A stretch of 64,000 nt of DNA. Source: a virus. The position numbers were made by a program, and so were the translations under genes. The notes below the pieces were generated by a model that saw only the letters and a list, made by a program, of their open reading frames with translations, did not search any database and was not told the DNA's origin. This document shows positions 18,478 through 26,406 of the stretch, piece after piece. The stretch lies in IMG/VR virus record IMGVR_UViG_3300045988_177361; one strand, written 5' to 3'. Each line of letters starts with the position of its first letter. The stretch's first letter is position 1.

Positions 18478-19688
18478 TTACGCCCACGACCTTTCTTTCC
18501 TTCACTGTTCTTAGCGTTCGGATTGAATCTTTCCGGATTGAAACCACGGTCGGGCAAAGCCCAGTTAAGAATGTTCTCCCTAGCAAAAGCAAGACCGGGG
18601 TCATCCCATCTGACATCACCGTTGGCGATATGGTTGCTTGCCTCGACCGTCTGATATTCGGTTCCGAGAAACGTTCCGTATCTCGTATAGTCGAGTCGTC
18701 TGTAACCTTGCAGTCCGACCGGAACGGTGTCCTTGATTCCGATGAGTTCCTTCGGAAGATGATGCTCAGCCAAGGCCGTCAGCAGATTCAACGCGTCTAT
18801 CTGCGTCTGCCTTCCAGCCTTGACGATAACCAGACAAGGGTCTCCCGATTGAATGTATGGAAGCAGTAAACCGTTGGCGATATTCTCCCTATCATCCAAA
18901 TCGTCCGCGCTGATTCGGTCAAGGTCGAGCACGACGAAATCCCACAGTCGGCGTGCCGCTTGGATGTACTGACGGTATATCTGCCAGTCCACTCCGACGC
19001 CTGCTGGAGGTGCGAAACAGATGTCGTATGGAACCCCAAGGTCACGTCCTCGATTGGCTCCGACCTGCACCTGCATGCCCGGTCGCCAGTCGGCTATCGT
19101 ATGCAATGGCTTGTCCTGTCTCGGGTCGAAAAAACTACGTTGACTGGACTGTCTGATGTTGCCGTCGATGAGCAGAACACGCAATCCGGCTTGCGACGCA
19201 CGGTCTGCCAACTGTCGGCTGGACGTGGTCTTCCCCACTCCTCCGGTGTTGGATGTGATGGGTAGGAGAACCGCAGTCTCCTTCACTTTGTTTTGGAGGA
19301 TATCGACTACGAGACGCTTGTCCGCAAGCTGGATTCCCCAATAAGTCCGTGCGAAATCAGCCACGCTCATGCGTAACATCTGTTCGCTCATGCCCATGGC
19401 TCCGACCGGTATCTGACCGGTGTTGCACCAGTAGACCATGTATCCGGCGTTGGCTATCGGAAGCCAGTTTCCAGCCCTGTCAGTGAAGATGATTCCCTTG
19501 AACCCGGAGGGCACCGGATGTCTTACCAGATAGTCGGCCTGTGCTTGAATATTGTCTGCGGCGGGCACCTGCCAACGCATGTTTCCAGCTCTCGTAAGGG
19601 CCTTTTTGATGGTTGTGAGAAGCCCTCCGGAGCCGATTATCAGGGAAATCGTTCGTTTTTCCAATAAGACCGCCTCCTGATGGGTCAT
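18474..19688 (-). CDS. MinD/ParA-superfamily ATPase with an N-terminal receiver-like domain (CpaE/TadZ-like)
   Basis: 404 aa. Deviant Walker A TSNTGGVGKTTSSRQLA at ~residue 150, preceded by a ~130-aa alpha/beta domain. DxD (VVLDLD) Walker B. First gene of the minus-strand operon. Confidence 0.65.
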   Translation of the reverse strand: MTHQEAVLLEKRTISLIIGSGGLLTTIKKALTRAGNMRWQVPAADNIQAQADYLVRHPVPSGFKGIIFTDRAGNWLPIANAGYMVYWCNTGQIPVGAMGMSEQMLRMSVADFARTYWGIQLADKRLVVDILQNKVKETAVLLPITSNTGGVGKTTSSRQLADRASQAGLRVLLIDGNIRQSSQRSFFDPRQDKPLHTIADWRPGMQVQVGANRGRDLGVPYDICFAPPAGVGVDWQIYRQYIQAARRLWDFVVLDLDRISADDLDDRENIANGLLLPYIQSGDPCLVIVKAGRQTQIDALNLLTALAEHHLPKELIGIKDTVPVGLQGYRRLDYTRYGTFLGTEYQTVEASNHIANGDVRWDDPGLAFARENILNWALPDRGFNPERFNPNAKNSEGKKGRGRK

Positions 19689-19699
19689 GTTCCGTTGTT

Positions 19700-20560
19700 T
19701 TCATCGGAACGTTTACGGTTTTGTCCGAGTTCTGGCATTTATAGTTTTTTGATATTTAGTTTTTTGTTGGTTTTGCTGTTGCTTTTTTCATTGCATTGGC
19801 TGTTCCTGTATTGATGTTACCTTGTTTTGATTGTCGTTGACCTTGTTAGTGAGACTATTGACCTTTTTGTTGTTTTTGTTGTTGTAGTGGCTGTTGGTTG
19901 TTGTTTGTGCTGGTGCTGGTGCTTGACCTGTTGCCTTGTGGTGCTGTTGCTTGGCTTTTCTTGTTTCTTGGGGTGTTTGGTGCTGTTGTTCTTCTGTTTT
20001 GTATGCCATATGGGTTGATGTGCTGTTCCTTTGTGGATGGTTGCGTTGCTTCTGTTGTTTTCATACGTTGTATTCCCGATTTAGGGGTAGGTGTTTCTTC
20101 TTTTATTGTCCTGTTCTTCTGTTGCTTCTATTTGATTAAGATTGCTGCTCTTATATTCTCCTTTTCTTCCTTTTGGTTTTTCTTTTCTTTCTGATTTTCT
20201 TGGTTATTCTTTTTTGATGTGATGGTGTTTGGTTTCTTTTTCTGATTTTTTGGTGGGTAGTGCTTCCTTTCTTTTAGTCTTTTTGATTTTTTGGTTTTTC
20301 TCTTTTTTTTGAGTCTGCTATTCATGTTGACCTACCGGCGTGGACTGGATGGTTTTCATGTTTTTTCTGATAATGGTCGGGTGTTGTTCCTTTTTTCATA
20401 TTTGTTGGGGACTCTTTTTGGTTCCGCTTTTCTGTTGGAACTACCGGCGCGGGCGGCGCGGGGAATTGTTTTTCCCGTTTTCCCCGTTTAGGGATGCTGT
20501 CGGGCGTTACACTCGTGAATTGAAAATACAGAACACCTCGTTCCGACTGTTAACAGCCTG
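19700..20560. other. Strand-asymmetric, low-complexity intergenic region (T+G-rich and nearly A-free on the + strand), between divergent transcription units
   Basis: ~860 bp dominated by ttg/ttt/ctg triplets. Adenine is visibly rare on the + strand, against a ~58% GC background. Only low-complexity K/N/Q-rich ORFs on the - strand. Two ctaccggcg motifs at ~20327 and ~20443. Confidence 0.5.
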
Positions 20561-20583
20561 TACGACCGGAGTGTTCGCTGGAT

Positions 20584-21306
20584 ATGACGAAAGAAGGTAT
20601 GATGCCAGACTTCACCAATTGGGGATTCAACAACAACCAGCAGTCGGAGCAGGACAATGGTTACGGTTCCGACAATTATGCTGAACCGGAGCAGTCTTCT
20701 GTCGAGGAGTCGCAGACGGAATCCGATTCTCTTAATCAGGAGAGTTCGGAGCCTGTCTCTGACGTGTCCGCACCGGCTGATGGTGAGGATGTGAACGTGG
20801 ACGCTGAGTCCACTGAAACCGAAGACAAGCCGAGGGGGAAGGGTAAGGGCCGTTCCAATCGCAAACCGCGTGAGAAGACCATGCCGCACATCGAGGAACA
20901 GTTCGGCAAGAAGCTGATTCCTCTTGTCAAATCGTTGGATGACGAGCGTGTGGTTTCTCTCGCCAAGGCGTTGACTGATACGAAGAAGAGCACTCCGGAA
21001 GCAGTGCTGGACGCATTGACTGAGCCGAAGAACCAACGTCGAATCTCTGAGTTCGCGTCCGCGTTGGAAGGGTTGGCTACAGCCGAGCCGGGCATGATTG
21101 CCGCAGAGGTGACGTTGGTGTTCGCGCAGGGCAAGGATATGACCAACCTGCTGTTCTCCGTGCTGAACGCGGTCGCGCCGGAGAAGAATTTCGGACGTCC
21201 GGTTGACGACCAGTCTCCTGCCGGAATGCGTAAGAACCTGAGCAAGATTGTCGATAATTGGGGTGACGGTGTTGACCTTTCCGTTATCGATGAGCTGAAA
21301 ATCTGA
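20584..21306 (+). CDS. Hypothetical protein with an acidic disordered N-terminus (240 aa)
   Basis: ATG with a gga-rich upstream region. ~100 aa of D/E/S-rich low complexity, then a folded-looking C-terminal domain. Followed by a strong hairpin terminator. Confidence 0.5.
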   Translation: MTKEGMMPDFTNWGFNNNQQSEQDNGYGSDNYAEPEQSSVEESQTESDSLNQESSEPVSDVSAPADGEDVNVDAESTETEDKPRGKGKGRSNRKPREKTMPHIEEQFGKKLIPLVKSLDDERVVSLAKALTDTKKSTPEAVLDALTEPKNQRRISEFASALEGLATAEPGMIAAEVTLVFAQGKDMTNLLFSVLNAVAPEKNFGRPVDDQSPAGMRKNLSKIVDNWGDGVDLSVIDELKI

Positions 21307-21326
21307 GTTTCCAACCCGACATCATT

Positions 21327-21364
21327 GAGGGGAGTCGGCCTTACGGTCGGCTCCCCTCTTTTCA
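21327..21364. terminator. Intrinsic terminator hairpin between convergent genes
   Basis: gaggggagtcggcc-ttac-ggtcggctcccctc followed by ttttc. Placed between the stops of the + gene (21306) and the - gene (21373). Confidence 0.7.
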
Positions 21365-21372
21365 TGCTTGGA

Positions 21373-22137
21373 CTATTGTCTGCGACGTAATCTCAAAGCG
21401 TCTTCGGATGAGTACACTCCGAACGGGCTGATGGTCACACTGTATTTCGTTATACGATACGTCCACTCGTTCTGACTGTCGTTTAACTCCTTGAATCTAT
21501 TTAGAAGATTCTGCTTGGAGAGGCTTTGCCTGCTTGCTGGAAGCAGTGATGGAAGGTCTGCCCGTTCGATGATGAGCCTATGGTCGTTCGGACAATACAA
21601 TGCCGCCAATGCGAGCAGGTCTATCGCTATGGCGCTACCCGCGTTGGGGTACAGACACTTCAACGGCATCTGCCGGACGTTCCTTGTCATCATTTTTACG
21701 AACGGTTCCGTGAACGTGATTTTCCGATGCTCGATAGTGAGACTGTCGGCGGTGATTTCGGTGTGTTCGACCGGCGTGACTTTGACTCCGTCCGCTCCGG
21801 TGAACTGGATTGACGAGAGCATGAGAAGCTGGTTCCGGACGGTAGTGCGTCCGTCTCCTCCACTGTTCAAACCGCATTTGTTGGCGAGGAAGAAGAAGTC
21901 GTCGCCGATGGTGAGCGTGCGGGTTTCCGCATCCCATTCGCGGCTTGGCGTGTTAATGAGAGTGGTGATGATTATGCTTAACAGTCTCGGTACTCTACCG
22001 GAGAAACTGTTCTTGGTTTTCGCACGATAGGGTGCGAACAGTGGATAGGATTCCGCGGTGAGATAGCCGATATCGTAGCCGAGTATCGTATGATAGTCGG
22101 CTTTCAGGGTCTCCAGCCCATAGGTTCCTTCGTTCAT
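21373..22137 (-). CDS. Hypothetical protein (254 aa)
   Basis: Intact ORF with coding-like composition. No motif recognised. Confidence 0.45.
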   Translation of the reverse strand: MNEGTYGLETLKADYHTILGYDIGYLTAESYPLFAPYRAKTKNSFSGRVPRLLSIIITTLINTPSREWDAETRTLTIGDDFFFLANKCGLNSGGDGRTTVRNQLLMLSSIQFTGADGVKVTPVEHTEITADSLTIEHRKITFTEPFVKMMTRNVRQMPLKCLYPNAGSAIAIDLLALAALYCPNDHRLIIERADLPSLLPASRQSLSKQNLLNRFKELNDSQNEWTYRITKYSVTISPFGVYSSEDALRLRRRQ

Positions 22138-22512
22138 TGTGTCTCCTTATAAAAATGACGGGCGTGTGGTTCCGTCGATAACACAATGATACCCCCAGTA
22201 TTGTGAGGTCGGATACCAAAAGGTGCCGGTTGACAGCACCGTCCACCGGCACCCTAATGGGTTACAAGTCTTTCCTATCCGGCTTTGAACCGTTCCCATC
22301 CGTATCGGGTTTTTTATCCCTACCCACAGGTCTACGAAGTCCAGAACCGGATTGTCCGGCCACACGACGTTCCAATCGAAGCTGATACCGAATCTTCTCC
22401 AAGGTCTTCGACGTGTCAGTGATGTTCCCTTTACGGGCTTCACGAATCCACAGTTGACAACCCCGGTCGAGCATGACGACGTCGGATAGTTTCGGTTGCC
22501 TTCCGGAACGTT

Positions 22513-22779
22513 TCAGTGACTTCGCCGGTGTCTGGTTTTGGTGTTGCTCATCGTCGTACATTCCGCCCACCTTTCCTTTTCACTGGGGTGGGCGAGCTGG
22601 TGTTGCGCCCACTTTCTCGCTTGTTTCATAGCGGCTTTCTTGCCGCCGTTGAGAGTGTGGGTAGTACCGTTCGCAATGGGAGTGAAGAATCCTTCATCTT
22701 CCACTTCAGCACTCCACAGATATGACATGAAACCGTTTCTGCGGACATTGATATCGAACTTGTATCCGTCACGGTTCAC
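22513..22779 (-). CDS. Small hypothetical protein (88 aa)
   Basis: Basic, W/K-rich. Lies immediately downstream of the AAA+ ATPase gene with a start/stop overlap. It overlaps another 102-aa ORF (22262-22570) in a different frame, so which of the two is real is uncertain. Confidence 0.3.
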   Translation of the reverse strand: MNRDGYKFDINVRRNGFMSYLWSAEVEDEGFFTPIANGTTHTLNGGKKAAMKQARKWAQHQLAHPSEKERWAECTTMSNTKTRHRRSH

Positions 22780-23768
22780 TGGTTGGAAACCTCCATCTTC
22801 AGAGAGTTGAAAGCATTGACGAACAGGTCGGCCGGAATGGTTTCCGAACCGGAAATCAAAGTCTTACGGGCAAGATTGTCCACTGTTTGGACGATAAGGG
22901 CTGGACTTATGTTCTCTACATTGATGTCGCATGGTCGAACGTCGGCTTGGATATTCAACTCCTTAAGCCGGTGCATGATAATAAGCCTTGTCGTAGTCTT
23001 GTCGGGAAGTGTCATGCGAACTCGAACGTCGAACCGACGCCATGCGGCACGGTCGATGAGACCGTCCATGTTGGTCGCGCAGATGAGAATGCAATCCTCC
23101 GGAAGCAGGTCTATTTTCTGTAACATGAGATTGGTTGCCCGACGCATTTCGGCAACGTCATGGGAGTTGTCGCGTCGTGCCAGAAGCATGTCGCATTCGT
23201 CTATGAACAGGAGCTTGCGTTCCATGTGGAGCCGGTCGAACACCAAGGCGATATTGGTTAACGTCTTACCGAGCTGACTGCTGATAACACGGTCTGCACG
23301 AAGGATGACCCCGTCCAGTCCAAGCCTCTCCGACAGGATGGAAGCGAAGGTGGTCTTGCCTGTGCCGGGCGCTCCCGTGAGCATGATTCGATTACGGGGA
23401 GCGAGATTATGCGCGGTCAGGACATCCAGTTTCCCATATTCGGCAACCAGTCCGTCCAACAATCCCCGCATGGTCTTATCCCACACAGGCTTATGAGTAC
23501 CGTCCGGTGGGAGCAACGGTTCGGTCAACCCGTCAACCGGTGCCAGATTCGTGTTGACGGACAGTCCCTTCTCTCGTTCCGACTCTGCCAGCCGACGCAG
23601 ATTCGTAGTGTAGGCGGTCGGCTTGGCTTTCTCCACCGAGTCGGCCAGCAAGTCGATTTGCTGGGACAGTTTCAAATGGTCTCCGTTGCATGCGGCTCTG
23701 ACCAGTCGAAGCATTTCCGTGCTGTTTAACAACTGACCTTCCTGCTTTCTGAAAATGATTTTTGTCAA
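22776..23768 (-). CDS. AAA+ ATPase (CbxX/SpoVK-like single AAA domain)
   Basis: Walker A LTGAPGTGKTTFASIL, Walker B LLFIDECDML, sensor-1 ICATN, arginine-finger region. ~330 aa. Confidence 0.7.
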   Translation of the reverse strand: MTKIIFRKQEGQLLNSTEMLRLVRAACNGDHLKLSQQIDLLADSVEKAKPTAYTTNLRRLAESEREKGLSVNTNLAPVDGLTEPLLPPDGTHKPVWDKTMRGLLDGLVAEYGKLDVLTAHNLAPRNRIMLTGAPGTGKTTFASILSERLGLDGVILRADRVISSQLGKTLTNIALVFDRLHMERKLLFIDECDMLLARRDNSHDVAEMRRATNLMLQKIDLLPEDCILICATNMDGLIDRAAWRRFDVRVRMTLPDKTTTRLIIMHRLKELNIQADVRPCDINVENISPALIVQTVDNLARKTLISGSETIPADLFVNAFNSLKMEVSNQ

Positions 23769-23828
23769 TAAACGTTATGGTCAATGTTTGAGAAGTAGAA
23801 GGAATTAGTAATATGGCAGTCTTCCAAT

Positions 23829-24059
23829 CTATTTGAGAGAGGAACCGTAGACGATGATGGAACCCACCGAAACCGACAACACCAGCAGTGACACGACGGT
23901 CATCAGCCGATAGTTGAACAGGTCTGAACGGGATTTCTCGTCAGGCATCCGACTCATTCTCCCTATCGACAGTCGAGCGTAATGCACCAGCGCGGCCAAG
24001 CTCAACGCCGACAATATTATGAGAGAAACCATGCAACATATCTGCTCTTTGGAATACAT
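23829..24059 (-). CDS. Small membrane protein (76 aa, 2 TM)
   Basis: Two hydrophobic helices (MVSLIILSALSLAALV / VVSLLVLSVSVGSIIV). Confidence 0.3.
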   Translation of the reverse strand: MYSKEQICCMVSLIILSALSLAALVHYARLSIGRMSRMPDEKSRSDLFNYRLMTVVSLLVLSVSVGSIIVYGSSLK

Positions 24060-24400
24060 CAGACGCCTTTACGAAGCCACAAATCTGGATGGTCGAGATA
24101 CGGGTACAGTTCGGGAATCTTTCGCACAGCTTCCCGAATCCAACCGTTCTCGCAGATACGTTCTAAATAATCTAATGGCTTGCGTTGCAGGGACTTCGAC
24201 TTGGTGTTCCGTGCCTTGTGGATTGCTTCCACAGCCTTCTTGTTCGCCTGTTGGAATGTGATTTTCCCTTTGGCCTTATCGTCCGAAATGGTTTGCAACC
24301 TTGCTATCAGACGGTTGATGGTAGCCATATCCTTGGCGTATGGGCGTGCCGGAATGGCTGTTCTGCTTATGTCTTCCTTGCCGAATCCGTTGCCGCTCAA
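24059..24400 (-). CDS. Hypothetical protein, tandem paralog A (113 aa)
   Basis: Shares the motifs NGWIREA and YPxLDxPxxW with the adjacent gene. The start overlaps the stop of the upstream paralog. Confidence 0.45.
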   Translation of the reverse strand: MSGNGFGKEDISRTAIPARPYAKDMATINRLIARLQTISDDKAKGKITFQQANKKAVEAIHKARNTKSKSLQRKPLDYLERICENGWIREAVRKIPELYPYLDHPDLWLRKGV

Positions 24401-24738
24401 ACCGTTGCCTTCCTTTCCTTTTTACGGCTATGGTCTCGATGTTTGCCCCACCGTTCCGGGCAGTCCAAGTCCGGGTAAACCAAGCCCATCTCGTTTGCCG
24501 CTTCACGAATCCAACCGTTGGTGCAAAGCTTGCAGAGTCGTACCATGGGGCCGCTCGTGGCGCGTGGCATTCCTCCGTTGGCGGTCGCCACCGCGTCCAC
24601 GGCGAGATGGTTCGCCTCCTCATATGAGATTGTTCCGTCGCTTTTACCGTCGGCTATCTCCCACAATCTTTTACGCAGGTTGAAGAGCTTCTTGGCCTTC
24701 TCGAACGTTGGATGGTATGTCTGTATGGTTTCCGGCAT
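24397..24738 (-). CDS. Hypothetical protein, tandem paralog B (113 aa)
   Basis: Same length and conserved C-terminal motifs (CTNGWIREAANEMGLVYPDLDCPERW) as 24059-24400. Confidence 0.45.
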   Translation of the reverse strand: MPETIQTYHPTFEKAKKLFNLRKRLWEIADGKSDGTISYEEANHLAVDAVATANGGMPRATSGPMVRLCKLCTNGWIREAANEMGLVYPDLDCPERWGKHRDHSRKKERKATV

Positions 24739-24797
24739 TGTCCTGTCCGAATACTCCTTTCAGTGTTGTCCACTGTGCTCGGATTGCGTTTTTCAGG

Positions 24798-25178
24798 TCA
24801 GAGTCCGGCCTGTTGGAAACGGCCAATCCAATATTTGTAGTCGGCGTCCGCATACGCTTTGTTGCATGTGGTGAGAATTTCCTGATATCGGACTTGAAGG
24901 TCGGGTTGGTATCGTTCAGTGGACTTCGGGAGCACTGTGGTCATGGCCCCATGGTTGAACAGCAACACCTCACGGTCAGCGGCCTCGTGTTCGAGTTTGC
25001 GGTCGATTCCCTCAAACCATTGGTGTACCTCGTCGTCGTTTGGCAGTCGGCCTTCGCCAATCATTCTGCTCATGGTGTCCTTGAGGCTGAGTAACGCGTC
25101 CTGCATGCGTTCGTTTTTGAACAGGAGTCGTTCCACTTCGGTTCTCGGCTCTCGTTCGGTGTTGTTTTTATCGTCCAT
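24798..25178 (-). CDS. Hypothetical protein (126 aa)
   Basis: Intact ORF, helical composition. Confidence 0.4.
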   Translation of the reverse strand: MDDKNNTEREPRTEVERLLFKNERMQDALLSLKDTMSRMIGEGRLPNDDEVHQWFEGIDRKLEHEAADREVLLFNHGAMTTVLPKSTERYQPDLQVRYQEILTTCNKAYADADYKYWIGRFQQAGL

Positions 25179-25207
25179 TGGTTTCCTTCGTTCTTGCGAA
25201 CATGCCT

Positions 25208-25250
25208 ATGCCCCAGTCCGTTCGGGCTGGGGCATTCCTTTTTGTTTTTT
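25208..25250 (+). terminator. Hairpin plus T-tract (intrinsic terminator oriented for + strand transcription)
   Basis: atgccccagtc-cgttcg-ggctggggcat followed by tcctttttgtttttt. It sits between two minus-strand genes, so it may stop antisense or read-through transcription. Confidence 0.4.
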
Positions 25251-25560
25251 AGGCGTCGAGTTTCTTGATGAAGTGAGCGAACAGTGCGGTGGAGCTGAGT
25301 AGAAATGTGATGCTGGTGATTGCCATTACCACGTGGCCGTAATCCTGTCTCCACATGAGGAGTGCGCTGACGATTGTGATGAGTGTCAATGTCAGGTTGA
25401 TGTTGTTTTCCGTCTGTTTGCTCATGGTTTCTTCTTTTTTTTTCTGGCGTGGTTGGGAGTGTGTGGCTCCCTTTTTTTGTGGACGATTCCAGTATAACAA
25501 AGGGTATGGTCGAACGCAAATCATCCGACCGCGAATCCCCGAACGGTTGCACACCCCCAC
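25249..25560 (-). CDS. Small membrane protein (103 aa, 2-3 TM)
   Basis: Hydrophobic helices LTLTLITIVSALLMW and VMAITSITFLLSSTALFAHFI. Confidence 0.4.
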   Translation of the reverse strand: MGVCNRSGIRGRMICVRPYPLLYWNRPQKKGATHSQPRQKKKEETMSKQTENNINLTLTLITIVSALLMWRQDYGHVVMAITSITFLLSSTALFAHFIKKLDA

Positions 25561-25626
25561 CTAATGTGTTAAGCTGACCTCGCCCACACAAAACATTCCA
25601 CAAGAACGGGAAAGACCACATAAACA

Positions 25627-25851
25627 ATGAGCGCAACCAAATACGACAACGGCAACACATCCGCACTCCAAGTCATCGGCAACGAGGGAACAAACAAGCT
25701 CACAATCCTTCAATCCCCCAGCTTCGGGAAGGAACTCATGTTCACCATCACCGACAGCGACACCGCGACCAGCGTCGTCGTCAACGACATAGAAACCCTC
25801 CGCAAAATCAGAGACTTCCTCAACGAAAGCATCCACTGGATGGAAGCGTGA
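25627..25851 (+). CDS. Hypothetical small protein (74 aa)
   Basis: First gene of a plus-strand operon. No motif recognised. Confidence 0.35.
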   Translation: MSATKYDNGNTSALQVIGNEGTNKLTILQSPSFGKELMFTITDSDTATSVVVNDIETLRKIRDFLNESIHWMEA

Positions 25852-25854
25852 ACC

Positions 25855-26406
25855 ATGGTCGAAGACACCGTTTGCACCATCGGCGTATATGGTGGCCGAC
25901 AACCGTCCATACTCGTTAATAATCATCTCGTCTACGGTCGGATGCCCGACTCCGAAACCCAGCCGGACATCATCGCGGACGTTCCGAAAGACAGGCTCGT
26001 TGCCAACCTCAACCCAGCCTCCGACGGCATGACGGACAGTCCCAGACTTCCGTTGGAACTGTTCGCCGCATGGCTCGCCAACGGTGACGTGGGCCTCAGT
26101 TCGCTCGCCATCGTACAACGGCTCACCGGAATCACAATGACCGTGAACGGCACGCGCGAACATGGTTGCGAGGATACTCCGAAAGACCCCGGAGACCTAC
26201 GTCGGATACTCGAAATGTTCGACATGGTGCCATCCGCACGCGCCTATCTGAGTCTCATGCGCGACGTGTCGGAAGACTGGAAGAACATCATCGACCATTG
26301 GGACGAACTTGAAAAACAGTATCGGAAAGAGGAACACAATCCATCCGGTTGCGCTCCCAAAACCTACCGGATACTGAAACGATTGAAGGAAGGAAACCAT
26401 GCCTAA
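25855..26406 (+). CDS. Hypothetical protein (183 aa)
   Basis: Tightly packed with its neighbours. No motif recognised. Confidence 0.4.
   Translation: MVEDTVCTIGVYGGRQPSILVNNHLVYGRMPDSETQPDIIADVPKDRLVANLNPASDGMTDSPRLPLELFAAWLANGDVGLSSLAIVQRLTGITMTVNGTREHGCEDTPKDPGDLRRILEMFDMVPSARAYLSLMRDVSEDWKNIIDHWDELEKQYRKEEHNPSGCAPKTYRILKRLKEGNHA

Noticed and set aside
18474-19688. Considered calling the CpaE/MinD-like ATPase a second ParA partition protein, or a Tad pilus component
   Set aside because: It has an N-terminal receiver-like domain and sits at the head of the transfer operon. No TadA/TadB/TadC partners are present, and a bona fide parA-parB pair exists at 7285-8475. It is left as a MinD/ParA-superfamily ATPase of unknown role.
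19788-20325. Three minus-strand ORFs (73, 69 and 65 aa) inside the T/G-rich intergenic region, encoding K/N/Q/T-rich low-complexity peptides
   Set aside because: They are a by-product of the A+C-rich bottom strand (AAC/CAA/AAA codons). They overlap each other in different frames, lack an RBS, and have no structured sequence. Treated as non-coding.
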